Assembly (NCBI GenBank): GCA_964057225.1 | Contig: CAXKVF010000102.1 | Location: 203-64,202, forward strand | Source: Auanema rhodensis | Lineage: Eukaryota; Animalia; Nematoda | DNA: 64,000 bases | Reading direction: 5' to 3' | In this document: piece by piece, positions 10,501 to 24,643 of the stretch | How the letters are laid out: every line of letters begins with the position of its first letter | Numbering within the stretch: position 1 is the stretch's first letter | Position numbers and translations under genes: made by a program | Notes under the pieces: generated by a model | The model's database searches: none | What the model was told of the DNA's origin: nothing | The model's input: the letters and a program-made list of their open reading frames with translations, nothing else

Positions 10501-13500
10501 TAATTAAATGTACATGTGATGTGCACTTGGTATGTAACTCGCTTCACGTGAAAGATAAAGAGATGCGGTTTTCAAAATTAGATTCCCCATGTCCATATTA
10601 GTCTAAAAACAAATTTTTATTGATATTGGTTCATGGTAAACATGACTTTGAAATTTACGTGAACTTTAATTTATGCTAATTAAATGTACACGTGATGTGC
10701 ACTTGGTATGTAACTCGCTTCACGTGAAAGATAAAGAGATGCGGTTTTTAAAATTAGATTCTCCATGTCCATATTAGTCTAAAAACCAATTTTTATTGAT
10801 ATTGGTGCATGGTAACCATGACTTTGAAATTTACGTGAACTTTAATTTATGCTAATTAAATGTACATGTGATGTGCACTTGGTATGTAACTCGCTTCACG
10901 TGAAAGATAAAGAGATGCGGTTTTCAAAATTAGATTCCCCATGTCCATATCAGTCTAAAAACAAATTTTTATTGATATTGGTTCATGGTAACCATGACTT
11001 TGAAATTTACGTGAACTTTAATTTATGCTAATTAAATGTACACGTGATGTGCACTTGGTATGTAACTCGCTTCACGTGAAAGATAAAGAGATGCGGTTTT
11101 CAAAATTAGATTCCCCATGTCCATATCAGTCTAAAAACCAATTTTTATTGATATTGGTGCATGGTAACCATGACTTTGAAATTTACGTGAACTTTAATTT
11201 ATGCTAATTAAATGTACACGTGATGTGCACTTGGTATGTAACTCGCTTCACGTGAAAGATAAAGAGATGCGGTTTTCAAAATTAGATTCCCCATGTCCAT
11301 ATTAGTCTAAAAACCAATTTTTATTGATATTGGTGCATGGTAACCATGACTTTGAAATTTACGTGAACTTTAATTTATGCTAATTAAATGTACACGTGAT
11401 GTGCACTTGGTATGTAACTCGCTTCACGTGAAAGATAAAGAGATGCGGTTTTCAAAATTAGATTCCCCATGTCCATATTAGTCTAAAAACAAATTTTTAT
11501 TGATATTGGTTCATGGTAACCATGACTTTGAAATTTACGTGAACTTTAATTTATGCTAATTAAATGTACACGTGATGTGCACTTGGTATGTAACTCGCTT
11601 CACGTGAAAGATAAAGAGATGCGGTTTTCAAAATTAGATTCCCCATGTCCATATTAGTCTAAAAACCAATTTTTATTGATATTGGTGCATGGTAACCATG
11701 ACTTTGAAATTTACGTGAACTTTAATTTATGCTAATTAAATGTACACGTGATGTGCACTTGGTATGTAACTCGCTTCACGTGAAAGATAAAGAGATGCGG
11801 TTTTCAAAATTAGATTCCCCATGTCCATATTAGTCTAAAAACAAATTTTTATTGATATTGGTTCATGGTAACCATGACTTTGAAATTTACGTGAACTTTA
11901 ATTTATGCTAATTAAATGTACACGTGATGTGCACTTGGTATGTAACTCGCTTCACGTGAAAGATAAAGAGATGCGGTTTTCAAAATTAGATTCCCCATGT
12001 CCATATTAGTCTAAAAACAAATTTTTATTGATATTGGTTCATGGTAACCATGACTTTGAAATTTACGTGAACTTTAATTTATGCTAATTAAATGTACACG
12101 TGATGTGCACTTGGTATGTAACTCGCTTCACGTGAAAGATAAAGAGATGCGGTTTTCAAAATTAGATTCCCCATGTCCATATTAGTCTAAAAACAAATTT
12201 TTATTGATATTGGTTCATGGTAAACATGACTTTGAAATTTACGTGAACTTTAATTTATGCTAATTAAATGTACACGTGATGTGCACTTGGTATGTAACTC
12301 GCTTCACGTGAAAGATAAAGAGATGCGGTTTTTAAAATTAGATTCTCCATGTCCATATTAGTCTAAAAACCAATTTTTATTGATATTGGTGCATGGTAAC
12401 CATGACTTTGAAATTTACGTGAACTTTAATTTATGCTAATTAAATGTACATGTGATGTGCACTTGGTATGTAACTCGCTTCACGTGAAAGATAAAGAGAT
12501 GCGGTTTTCAAAATTAGATTCCCCATGTCCATATTAGTCTAAAAACCAATTTTTATTGATATTGGTGCATGGTAACCATGACTTTGAAATTTACGTAAAC
12601 TTTAATTTATGCTAATTAAATGTACACGTGATGTGCCCTTGGTATGTAACTCGCTTCACGTGAAAGATAAAGAGATACGGTTTTCAAAATTAGATTCCCC
12701 ATGTCCATATTAGTCTAAAAACCAATTTTTATTGATATTGGTGCATGGTAACCATGACTTTGAAATTTACGTGAACTTTAATTTATGCTAATTAAATGTA
12801 CACGTGATGTGCACTTGGTATGTAACTCGCTTCACGTGAAAGATAAAGAGATGCGGTTTTCAAAATTAGATTCCCCATGTCCATATTAGTCTAAAAACAA
12901 ATTTTTATTGATATTGGTTCATGGTAAACATGACTGTGAAATTTACGTGAACTTTAATTTATGCTAATTAAATGTACACGTGATGTGCACTTGGTATGTA
13001 ACTCGCTTCACGTGAAAGATAAAGAGATGCGGTTTTTAAAATTAGATTCTCCATGTCCATATTAGTCTAAAAACCAATTTTTATTGATATTGGTGCATGG
13101 TAACCATGACTTTGAAATTTACGTGAACTTTAATTTATGCTAATTAAATGTACATGTGATGTGCACTTGGTATGTAACTCGCTTCACGTGAAAGATAAAG
13201 AGATGCGGTTTTCAAAATTAGATTCCCCATGTCCATATTAGTCTAAAAACCAATTTTTATTGATATTGGTGCATGGTAACCATGACTTTGAAATTTACGT
13301 GAACTTTAATTTATGCTAATTAAATGTACACGTGATGTGCACTTGGTATGTAACTCGCTTCACGTGAAAGATAAAGAGATGCGGTTTTCAAAATTAGATT
13401 CCCCATGTCCATATTAGTCTAAAAACAAATTTTTATTGATATTGGTTCATGGTAAACATGACTTTGAAATTTACGTGAACTTTAATTTATGCTAATTAAA

Positions 13501-16192
13501 TGTACACGTGATGTGCACTTGGTATGTAACTCGCTTCACGTGAAAGATAAAGAGATGCGGTTTTCAAAATTAGATTCCCCATGTCCATATTAGTCTAAAA
13601 ACAAATTTTTATTGATATTGGTTCATGGTAAACATGACTTTGAAATTTACGTGAACTTTAATTTATGCTAATTAAATGTACACGTGATGTGCACTTGGTA
13701 TGTAACTCGCTTCACGTGAAAGATAAAGAGATGCGGTTTTCAAAATTAGATTCCCCATGTCCATATTAGTCTAAAAACCAATTTTTATTGATATTGGTGC
13801 ATGGTAACCATGACTTTGAAATTTACGTGAACTTTAATTTATGCTAATTAAATGTACACGTGATGTGCACTTGGTATGTAACTCGCTTCACGTGAAAGAT
13901 AAAGAGATGCGGTTTTCAAAATTAGATTCCCCATGTCCATATTAGTCTAAAAACAAATTTTTATTGATATTGGTTCATGGTAACCATGACTTTGAAATTT
14001 ACGTGAACTTTAATTTATGCTAATTAAATGTACACGTGATGTGCACTTGGTATGTAACTCGCTTCACGTGAAAGATAAAGAGATGCGGTTTTCAAAATTA
14101 GATTCCCCATGTCCATATTAGTCTAAAAACCAATTTTTATTGATATTGGTGCATGGTAACCATGACTTTGAAATTTACGTGAACTTTAATTTATGCTAAT
14201 TAAATGTACACGTGATGTGCACTTGGTATGTAACTCGCTTCACGTGAAAGATAAAGAGATGCGGTTTTCAAAATTAGATTCCCCATGTCCATATTAGTCT
14301 AAAAACAAATTTTTATTGATATGGGTTCATGGTAACCATGACTTTGAAATTTACGTGAACTTTAATTTATGCTAATTAAATGTACACGTGATGTGCACTT
14401 GGTATGTAACTCGCTTCACGTGAAAGATAAAGAGATGCGGTTTTCAAAATTAGATTCCCCATGTCCATATTAGTCTAAAAACAAATTTTTATTGATATTG
14501 GTTCATGGTAACCATGACTTTGAAATTTACGTGAACTTTAATTTATGCTAATTAAATGTACACGTGATGTGCACTTGGTATGTAACTCGCTTCACGTGAA
14601 AGATAAAGAGATGCGGTTTTCAAAATTAGATTCCCCATGTCCATATTAGTCTAAAAACAAATTTTTATTGATATTGGTTCATGGTAAACATGACTTTGAA
14701 ATTTACGTGAACTTTAATTTATGCTAATTAAATGTACACGTGATGTGCACTTGGTATGTAACTCGCTTCACGTGAAAGATAAAGAGATGCGGTTTTTAAA
14801 ATTAGATTCTCCATGTCCATATTAGTCTAAAAACCAATTTTTATTGATATTGGTGCATGGTAACCATGACTTTGAAATTTACGTGAACTTTAATTTATGC
14901 TAATTAAATGTACATGTGATGTGCACTTGGTATGTAACTCGCTTCACGTGAAAGATAAAGAGATGCGGTTTTCAAAATTAGATTCCCCATGTCCATATTA
15001 GTCTAAAAACCAATTTTTATTGATATTGGTGCATGGTAACCATGACTTTGAAATTTACGTGAACTTTAATTTATGCTAATTAAATGTACACGTGATGTGC
15101 CCTTGGTATGTAACTCGCTTCACGTGAAAGATAAAGAGATACGGTTTTCAAAATTAGATTCCCCATGTCCATATTAGTCTAAAAACCAATTTTTATTGAT
15201 ATTGGTGCATGGTAACCATGACTTTGAAATTTACGTGAACTTTAATTTATGCTAATTAAATGTACACGTGATGTGCACTTGGTATGTAACTCGCTTCACG
15301 TGAAAGATAAAGAGATGCGGTTTTCAAAATTAGATTCCCCATGTCCATATTAGTCTAAAAACAAATTTTTATTGATATTGGTTCATGGTAAACATGACTT
15401 TGAAATTTACGTGAACTTTAATTTATGCTAATTAAATGTACACGTGATGTGCACTTGGTATGTAACTCGCTTCACGTGAAAGATAAAGAGATGCGGTTTT
15501 CAAAATTAGATTCCCCATGTCCATATTAGTCTAAAAACAAATTTTTATTGATATTGGTTCATGGTAAACATGACTTTGAAATTTACGTGAACTTTAATTT
15601 ATGCTAATTAAATGTACACGTGATGTGCACTTGGTATGTAACTCGCTTCACGTGAAAGATAAAGAGATGCGGTTTTCAAAATTAGATTCCCCATGTCCAT
15701 ATTAGTCTAAAAACCAATTTTTATTGATATTGGTGCATGGTAACCATGACTTTGAAATTTACGTGAACTTTAATTTATGCTAATTAAATGTACACGTGAT
15801 GTGCACTTGGTATGTAACTCGCTTCACGTGAAAGATAAAGAGATGCGGTTTTCAAAATTAGATTCCCCATGTCCATATTAGTCTAAAAACCAATTTTTAT
15901 TGATATTGGTGCATGGTAACCATGACTTTGAAATTTACGTGAACTTTAATTTATGCTAATTAAATGTACACGTGATGTGCACTTGGTATGTAACTCGCTT
16001 CACGTGAAAGATAAAGAGATGCGGTTTTCAAAATTAGATTCCCCATGTCCATATTAGTCTAAAAACAAATTTTTATTGATATGGGTTCATGGTAACCATG
16101 ACTTTGAAATTTACGTGAACTTTAATTTATGCTAATTAAATGTACACGTGATGTGCACTTGGTATGTAACTCGCTTCACGTGAAAGATAAAG
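7569..16192 (+). repeat. Dispersed ~16-monomer duplication: 7569-10384 and 13377-16192 (offset 33 monomers, 5808 bp)
   Basis: Same ordered string of monomer types and markers (T67G, C13T/C26T/C131T, A141C, G5A) in both blocks. Confidence 0.85.
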
Positions 16193-19100
16193 AGATGCGG
16201 TTTTCAAAATTAGATTCCCCATGTCCATATTAGTCTAAAAACAAATTTTTATTGATATTGGTTCATGGTAAACATGACTTTGAAATTTACGTGAACTTTA
16301 ATTTATGCTAATTAAATGTACACGTGATGTGCACTTGGTATGTAACTCGCTTCACGTGAAAGATAAAGAGATGCGGTTTTCAAAATTAGATTCCCCATGT
16401 CCATATTAGTCTAAAAACAAATTTTTATTGATATTGGTTCATGGTAAACATGACTTTGAAATTTACGTGAACTTTAATTTATGCTAATTAAATGTACACG
16501 TGATGTGCACTTGGTATGTAACTCGCTTCACGTGAAAGATAAAGAGATGCGGTTTTCAAAATTAGATTCCCCATGTCCATATTAGTCTAAAAACAAATTT
16601 TTATTGATATTGGTTCATGGTAAACATGACTTTGAAATTTACGTGAACTTTAATTTATGCTAATTAAATGTACACGTGATGTGCACTTGGTATGTAACTC
16701 GCTTCACGTGAAAGATAAAGAGATACGGTTTTCAAAATTAGATTCCCCATGTCCATATTAGTCTAAAAACCAATTTTTATTGATATTGGTGCATGGTAAC
16801 CATGACTTTGAAATTTACGTGAACTTTAATTTATGCTAATTAAATGTACACGTGATGTGCACTTGGTATGTAACTCGCTTCACGTGAAAGATAAAGAGAT
16901 GCGGTTTTCAAAATTAGATTCCCCATGTCCATATTAGTCTAAAAACCAATTTTTATTGATATTGGTGCATGGTAACCATGACTTTGAAATTTACGTGAAC
17001 TTTAATTTATGCTAATTAAATGTACACGTGATGTGCACTTGGTATGTAACTCGCTTCACGTGAAAGATAAAGAGATGCGGTTTTCAAAATTAGATTCCCC
17101 ATGTCCATATTAGTCTAAAAACCAATTTTTATTGATATTGGTGCATGGTAACCATGACTTTGAAATTTACGTGAACTTTAATTTATGCTAATTAAATGTA
17201 CACGTGATGTGCACTTGGTATGTAACTCGCTTCACGTGAAAGATAAAGAGATGCGGTTTTCAAAATTAGATTCCCCATGTCCATATTAGTCTAAAAACAA
17301 ATTTTTATTGATATGGGTTCATGGTAACCATGACTTTGAAATTTACGTGAACTTTAATTTATGCTAATTAAATGTACACGTGATGTGCACTTGGTATGTA
17401 ACTCGCTTCACGTGAAAGATAAAGAGATGCGGTTTTCAAAATTAGATTCCCCATGTCCATATTAGTCTAAAAACAAATTTTTATTGATATTGGTTCATGG
17501 TAAACATGACTTTGAAATTTACGTGAACTTTAATTTATGCTAATTAAATGTACACGTGATGTGCACTTGGTATGTAACTCGCTTCACGTGAAAGATAAAG
17601 AGATGCGGTTTTCAAAATTAGATTCCCCATGTCCATATTAGTCTAAAAACAAATTTTTATTGATATTGGTTCATGGTAAACATGACTTTGAAATTTACGT
17701 GAACTTTAATTTATGCTAATTAAATGTACACGTGATGTGCACTTGGTATGTAACTCGCTTCACGTGAAAGATAAAGAGATGCGGTTTTCAAAATTAGATT
17801 CCCCATGTCCATATTAGTCTAAAAACAAATTTTTATTGATATTGGTTCATGGTAAACATGACTTTGAAATTTACGTGAACTTTAATTTATGCTAATTAAA
17901 TGTACACGTGATGTGCACTTGGTATGTAACTCGCTTCACGTGAAAGATAAAGAGATACGGTTTTCAAAATTAGATTCCCCATGTCCATATTAGTCTAAAA
18001 ACCAATTTTTATTGATATTGGTGCATGGTAACCATGACTTTGAAATTTACGTGAACTTTAATTTATGCTAATTAAATGTACACGTGATGTGCACTTGGTA
18101 TGTAACTCGCTTCACGTGAAAGATAAAGAGATGCGGTTTTCAAAATTAGATTCCCCATGTCCATATTAGTCTAAAAACAAATTTTTATTGATATTGGTTC
18201 ATGGTAAACATGACTTTGAAATTTACGTGAACTTTAATTTATGCTAATTAAATGTACACGTGATGTGCACTTGGTATGTAACTCGCTTCACGTGAAAGAT
18301 AAAGAGATGCGGTTTTCAAAATTAGATTCCCCATGTCCATATTAGTCTAAAAACCAATTTTTATTGATATTGGTGCATGGTAACCATGACTTTGAAATTT
18401 ACGTGAACTTTAATTTATGCTAATTAAATGTACACGTGATGTGCACTTGGTATGTAACTCGCTTCACGTGAAAGATAAAGAGATGCGGTTTTCAAAATTA
18501 GATTCCCCATGTCCATATTAGTCTAAAAACAAATTTTTATTGATATTGGTTCATGGTAACCATGACTTTGAAATTTACGTGAACTTTAATTTATGCTAAT
18601 TAAATGTACACGTGATGTGCACTTGGTATGTAACTCGCTTCACGTGAAAGATAAAGAGATGCGGTTTTTTTCAAAATTAGATTCCCCATGTCCATATTAG
18701 TCTAAAAACAAATTTTTATTGATATTGGTTCATGGTAAACATGACTTTGAAATTTACGTGAACTTTAATTTATGCTAATTAAATGTACACGTGATGTGCA
18801 CTTGGTATGTAACTCGCTTCACGTGAAAGATAAAGAGATGCGGTTTTTAAAATTAGATTCTCCATGTCCATATTAGTCTAAAAACCAATTTTTATTGATA
18901 TTGGTGCATGGTAACCATGACTTTGAAATTTACGTGAACTTTAATTTATGCTAATTAAATGTACATGTGATGTGCACTTGGTATGTAACTCGCTTCACGT
19001 GAAAGATAAAGAGATGCGGTTTTCAAAATTAGATTCCCCATGTCCATATTAGTCTAAAAACAAATTTTTATTGATATTGGTTCATGGTAAACATGACTTT

Positions 19101-21475
19101 GAAATTTACGTGAACTTTAATTTATGCTAATTAAATGTACACGTGATGTGCACTTGGTATGTAACTCGCTTCACGTGAAAGATAAAGAGATGCGGTTTTT
19201 AAAATTAGATTCTCCATGTCCATATTAGTCTAAAAACCAATTTTTATTGATATTGGTGCATGGTAACCATGACTTTGAAATTTACGTGAACTTTAATTTA
19301 TGCTAATTAAATGTACATGTGATGTGCACTTGGTATGTAACTCGCTTCACGTGAAAGATAAAGAGATGCGGTTTTCAAAATTAGATTCCCCATGTCCATA
19401 TTAGTCTAAAAACAAATTTTTATTGATATTGGTTCATGGTAACCATGACTTTGAAATTTACGTGAACTTTAATTTATGCTAATTAAATGTACACGTGATG
19501 TGCACTTGGTATGTAACTCGCTTCACGTGAAAGATAAAGAGATGCGGTTTTCAAAATTAGATTCCCCATGTCCATATCAGTCTAAAAACCAATTTTTATT
19601 GATATTGGTGCATGGTAACCATGACTTTGAAATTTACGTGAACTTTAATTTATGCTAATTAAATGTACACGTGATGTGCACTTGGTATGTAACTCGCTTC
19701 ACGTGAAAGATAAAGAGATGCGGTTTTCAAAATTAGATTCCCCATGTCCATATTAGTCTAAAAACCAATTTTTATTGATATTGGTGCATGGTAACCATGA
19801 CTTTGAAATTTACGTGAACTTTAATTTATGCTAATTAAATGTACACGTGATGTGCACTTGGTATGTAACTCGCTTCACGTGAAAGATAAAGAGATGCGGT
19901 TTTCAAAATTAGATTCCCCATGTCCATATTAGTCTAAAAACAAATTTTTATTGATATTGGTTCATGGTAACCATGACTTTGAAATTTACGTGAACTTTAA
20001 TTTATGCTAATTAAATGTACACGTGATGTGCACTTGGTATGTAACTCGCTTCACGTGAAAGATAAAGAGATGCGGTTTTCAAAATTAGATTCCCCATGTC
20101 CATATTAGTCTAAAAACCAATTTTTATTGATATTGGTGCATGGTAACCATGACTTTGAAATTTACGTGAACTTTAATTTATGCTAATTAAATGTACACGT
20201 GATGTGCACTTGGTATGTAACTCGCTTCACGTGAAAGATAAAGAGATGCGGTTTTCAAAATTAGATTCCCCATGTCCATATTAGTCTAAAAACAAATTTT
20301 TATTGATATTGGTTCATGGTAACCATGACTTTGAAATTTACGTGAACTTTAATTTATGCTAATTAAATGTACACGTGATGTGCACTTGGTATGTAACTCG
20401 CTTCACGTGAAAGATAAAGAGATGCGGTTTTCAAAATTAGATTCCCCATGTCCATATTAGTCTAAAAACAAATTTTTATTGATATTGGTTCATGGTAACC
20501 ATGACTTTGAAATTTACGTGAACTTTAATTTATGCTAATTAAATGTACACGTGATGTGCACTTGGTATGTAACTCGCTTCACGTGAAAGATAAAGAGATG
20601 CGGTTTTCAAAATTAGATTCCCCATGTCCATATTAGTCTAAAAACAAATTTTTATTGATATTGGTTCATGGTAAACATGACTTTGAAATTTACGTGAACT
20701 TTAATTTATGCTAATTAAATGTACACGTGATGTGCACTTGGTATGTAACTCGCTTCACGTGAAAGATAAAGAGATGCGGTTTTTAAAATTAGATTCTCCA
20801 TGTCCATATTAGTCAAAAAACCAATTTTTATTGATATTGGTGCATGGTAACCATGACTTTGAAATTTACGTGAACTTTAATTTATGCTAATTAAATGTAC
20901 ATGTGATGTGCACTTGGTATGTAACTCGCTTCACGTGAAAGATAAAGAGATGCGGTTTTCAAAATTAGATTCCCCATGTCCATATTAGTCTAAAAACCAA
21001 TTTTTATTGATATTGGTGCATGGTAACCATGACTTTGAAATTTACGTGAACTTTAATTTATGCTAATTAAATGTACACGTGATGTGCCCTTGGTATGTAA
21101 CTCGCTTCACGTGAAAGATAAAGAGATACGGTTTTCAAAATTAGATTCCCCATGTCCATATTAGTCTAAAAACCAATTTTTATTGATATTGGTGCATGGT
21201 AACCATGACTTTGAAATTTACGTGAACTTTAATTTATGCTAATTAAATGTACACGTGATGTGCACTTGGTATGTAACTCGCTTCACGTGAAAGATAAAGA
21301 GATGCGGTTTTCAAAATTAGATTCCCCATGTCCATATTAGTCTAAAAACAAATTTTTATTGATATTGGTTCATGGTAAACATGACTTTGAAATTTACGTG
21401 AACTTTAATTTATGCTAATTAAATGTACACGTGATGTGCACTTGGTATGTAACTCGCTTCACGTGAAAGATAAAG
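10385..21475 (+). repeat. Dispersed ~15-monomer duplication: 10385-13024 and 18836-21475 (offset 48 monomers + 3 bp = 8451 bp)
   Basis: Rare T39C at 11127 and 19578, 8451 bp apart, with matching flanking type order. Confidence 0.85.
15665..18128 (+). repeat. Tandem 7-monomer (1232-bp) duplication
   Basis: T67G at 16083/17315 and G5A without upstream A141C at 16725/17957; type order A-A-B-C-C-C-A occurs twice. Confidence 0.88.
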
Positions 21476-24400
21476 AGATGCGGTTTTCAAAATTAGATTC
21501 CCCATGTCCATATTAGTCTAAAAACAAATTTTTATTGATATTGGTTCATGGTAAACATGACTTTGAAATTTACGTGAACTTTAATTTATGCTAATTAAAT
21601 GTACACGTGATGTGCACTTGGTATGTAACTCGCTTCACGTGAAAGATAAAGAGATGCGGTTTTTAAAATTAGATTCTCCATGTCCATATTAGTCTAAAAA
21701 CCAATTTTTATTGATATTGGTGCATGGTAACCATGACTTTGAAATTTACGTGAACTTTAATTTATGCTAATTAAATGTACATGTGATGTGCACTTGGTAT
21801 GTAACTCGCTTCACGTGAAAGATAAAGAGATGCGGTTTTCAAAATTAGATTCCCCATGTCCATATTAGTCTAAAAACCAATTTTTATTGATATTGGTGCA
21901 TGGTAACCATGACTTTGAAATTTACGTGAACTTTAATTTATGCTAATTAAATGTACACGTGATGTGCCCTTGGTATGTAACTCGCTTCACGTGAAAGATA
22001 AAGAGATACGGTTTTCAAAATTAGATTCCCCATGTCCATATTAGTCTAAAAACCAATTTTTATTGATATTGGTGCATGGTAACCATGACTTTGAAATTTA
22101 CGTGAACTTTAATTTATGCTAATTAAATGTACACGTGATGTGCACTTGGTATGTAACTCGCTTCACGTGAAAGATAAAGAGATGCGGTTTTCAAAATTAG
22201 ATTCCCCATGTCCATATTAGTCTAAAAACAAATTTTTATTGATATTGGTTCATGGTAAACATGACTTTGAAATTTACGTGAACTTTAATTTATGCTAATT
22301 AAATGTACACGTGATGTGCACTTGGTATGTAACTCGCTTCACGTGAAAGATAAAGAGATGCGGTTTTCAAAATTAGATTCCCCATGTCCATATTAGTCTA
22401 AAAACAAATTTTTATTGATATTGGTTCATGGTAAACATGACTTTGAAATTTACGTGAACTTTAATTTATGCTAATTAAATGTACACGTGATGTGCACTTG
22501 GTATGTAACTCGCTTCACGTGAAAGATAAAGAGATGCGGTTTTCAAAATTAGATTCCCCATGTCCATATTAGTCTAAAAACCAATTTTTATTGATATTGG
22601 TGCATGGTAACCATGACTTTGAAATTTACGTGAACTTTAATTTATGCTAATTAAATGTACACGTGATGTGCACTTGGTATGTAACTCGCTTCACGTAAAA
22701 GATAAAGAGATGCGGTTTTCAAAATTAGATTCCCCATGTCCATATTAGTCTAAAAACAAATTTTTATTGATATTGGTTCATGGTAACCATGACTTTGAAA
22801 TTTACGTGAACTTTAATTTATGCTAATTAAATGTACACGTGATGTGCACTTGGTATGTAACTCGCTTCACGTGAAAGATAAAGAGATGCGGTTTTCAAAA
22901 TTAGATTCCCCATGTCCATATTAGTCTAAAAACCAATTTTTATTGATATTGGTGCATGGTAACCATGACTTTGAAATTTACGTGAACTTTAATTTATGCT
23001 AATTAAATGTACACGTGATGTGCACTTGGTATGTAACTCGCTTCACGTGAAAGATAAAGAGATGCGGTTTTCAAAATTAGATTCCCCATGTCCATATTAG
23101 TCTAAAAACAAATTTTTATTGATATTGGTTCATGGTAACCATGACTTTGAAATTTACGTGAACTTTAATTTATGCTAATTAAATGTACACGTGATGTGCA
23201 CTTGGTATGTAACTCGCTTCACGTGAAAGATAAAGAGATGCGGTTTTCAAAATTAGATTCCCCATGTCCATATTAGTCTAAAAACAAATTTTTATTGATA
23301 TTGGTTCATGGTAAACATGACTTTGAAATTTACGTGAACTTTAATTTATGCTAATTAAATGTACATGTGATGTGCACTTGGTATGTAACTCGCTTCACGT
23401 GAAAGATAAAGAGATGCGGTTTTCAAAATTAGATTCCCCATGTCCATATTAGTCTAAAAACCAATTTTTATTGATATTGGTGCATGGTAACCATGACTTT
23501 GAAATTTACGTGAACTTTAATTTATGCTAATTAAATGTACACGTGATGTGCACTTGGTATGTAACTCGCTTCACGTGAAAGATAAAGAGATGCGGTTTTC
23601 AAAATTAGATTCCCCATGTCCATATTAGTCTAAAAACAAATTTTTATTGATATTGGTTCATGGTAAACATGACTTTGAAATTTACGTGAACTTTAATTTA
23701 TGCTAATTAAATGTACACGTGATGTGCACTTGGTATGTAACTCGCTTCACGTGAAAGATAAAGAGATGCGGTTTTCAAAATTAGATTCCCCATGTCCATA
23801 TTAGTCTAAAAACAAATTTTTATTGATATTGGTTCATGGTAAACATGACTTTGAAATTTACGTGAACTTTAATTTATGCTAATTAAATGTACACGTGATG
23901 TGCACTTGGTATGTAACTCGCTTCACGTGAAAGATAAAGAGATGCGGTTTTTAAAATTAGATTCTCCATGTCCATATTAGTCTAAAAACCAATTTTTATT
24001 GATATTGGTGCATGGTAACCATGACTTTGAAATTTACGTGAACTTTAATTTATGCTAATTAAATGTACATGTGATGTGCACTTGGTATGTAACTCGCTTC
24101 ACGTGAAAGATAAAGAGATGCGGTTTTCAAAATTAGATTCCCCATGTCCATATTAGTCTAAAAACCAATTTTTATTGATATTGGTGCATGGTAACCATGA
24201 CTTTGAAATTTACGTGAACTTTAATTTATGCTAATTAAATGTACACGTGATGTGCCCTTGGTATGTAACTCGCTTCACGTGAAAGATAAAGAGATACGGT
24301 TTTCAAAATTAGATTCCCCATGTCCATATTAGTCTAAAAACCAATTTTTATTGATATTGGTGCATGGTAACCATGACTTTGAAATTTACGTGAACTTTAA

Positions 24401-24643
24401 TTTATGCTAATTAAATGTACACGTGATGTGCACTTGGTATGTAACTCGCTTCACGTGAAAAATAAAGAGATGCGGTTTTCAAAATTAGATTCCCCATGTC
24501 CATATTAGTCTAAAAACAAATTTTTATTGATATTGGTTCATGGTAAACATGACTTTGAAATTTACGTGAACTTTAATTTATGCTAATTAAATGTACACGT
24601 GATGTGCACTTGGTATGTAACTCGCTTCACGTGAAAGATAAAG

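Noticed and set aside
10849-11207. Two overlapping 60-aa ORFs (10849-11031, 11025-11207)
   Set aside because: They arise only because T39C turns the TAG present in every monomer into CAG. They lie wholly within satellite monomers, have no recognisable domain, and 176 is not a multiple of 3.
19476-19658. 60-aa ORF
   Set aside because: Duplicated copy of the same T39C read-through artefact.
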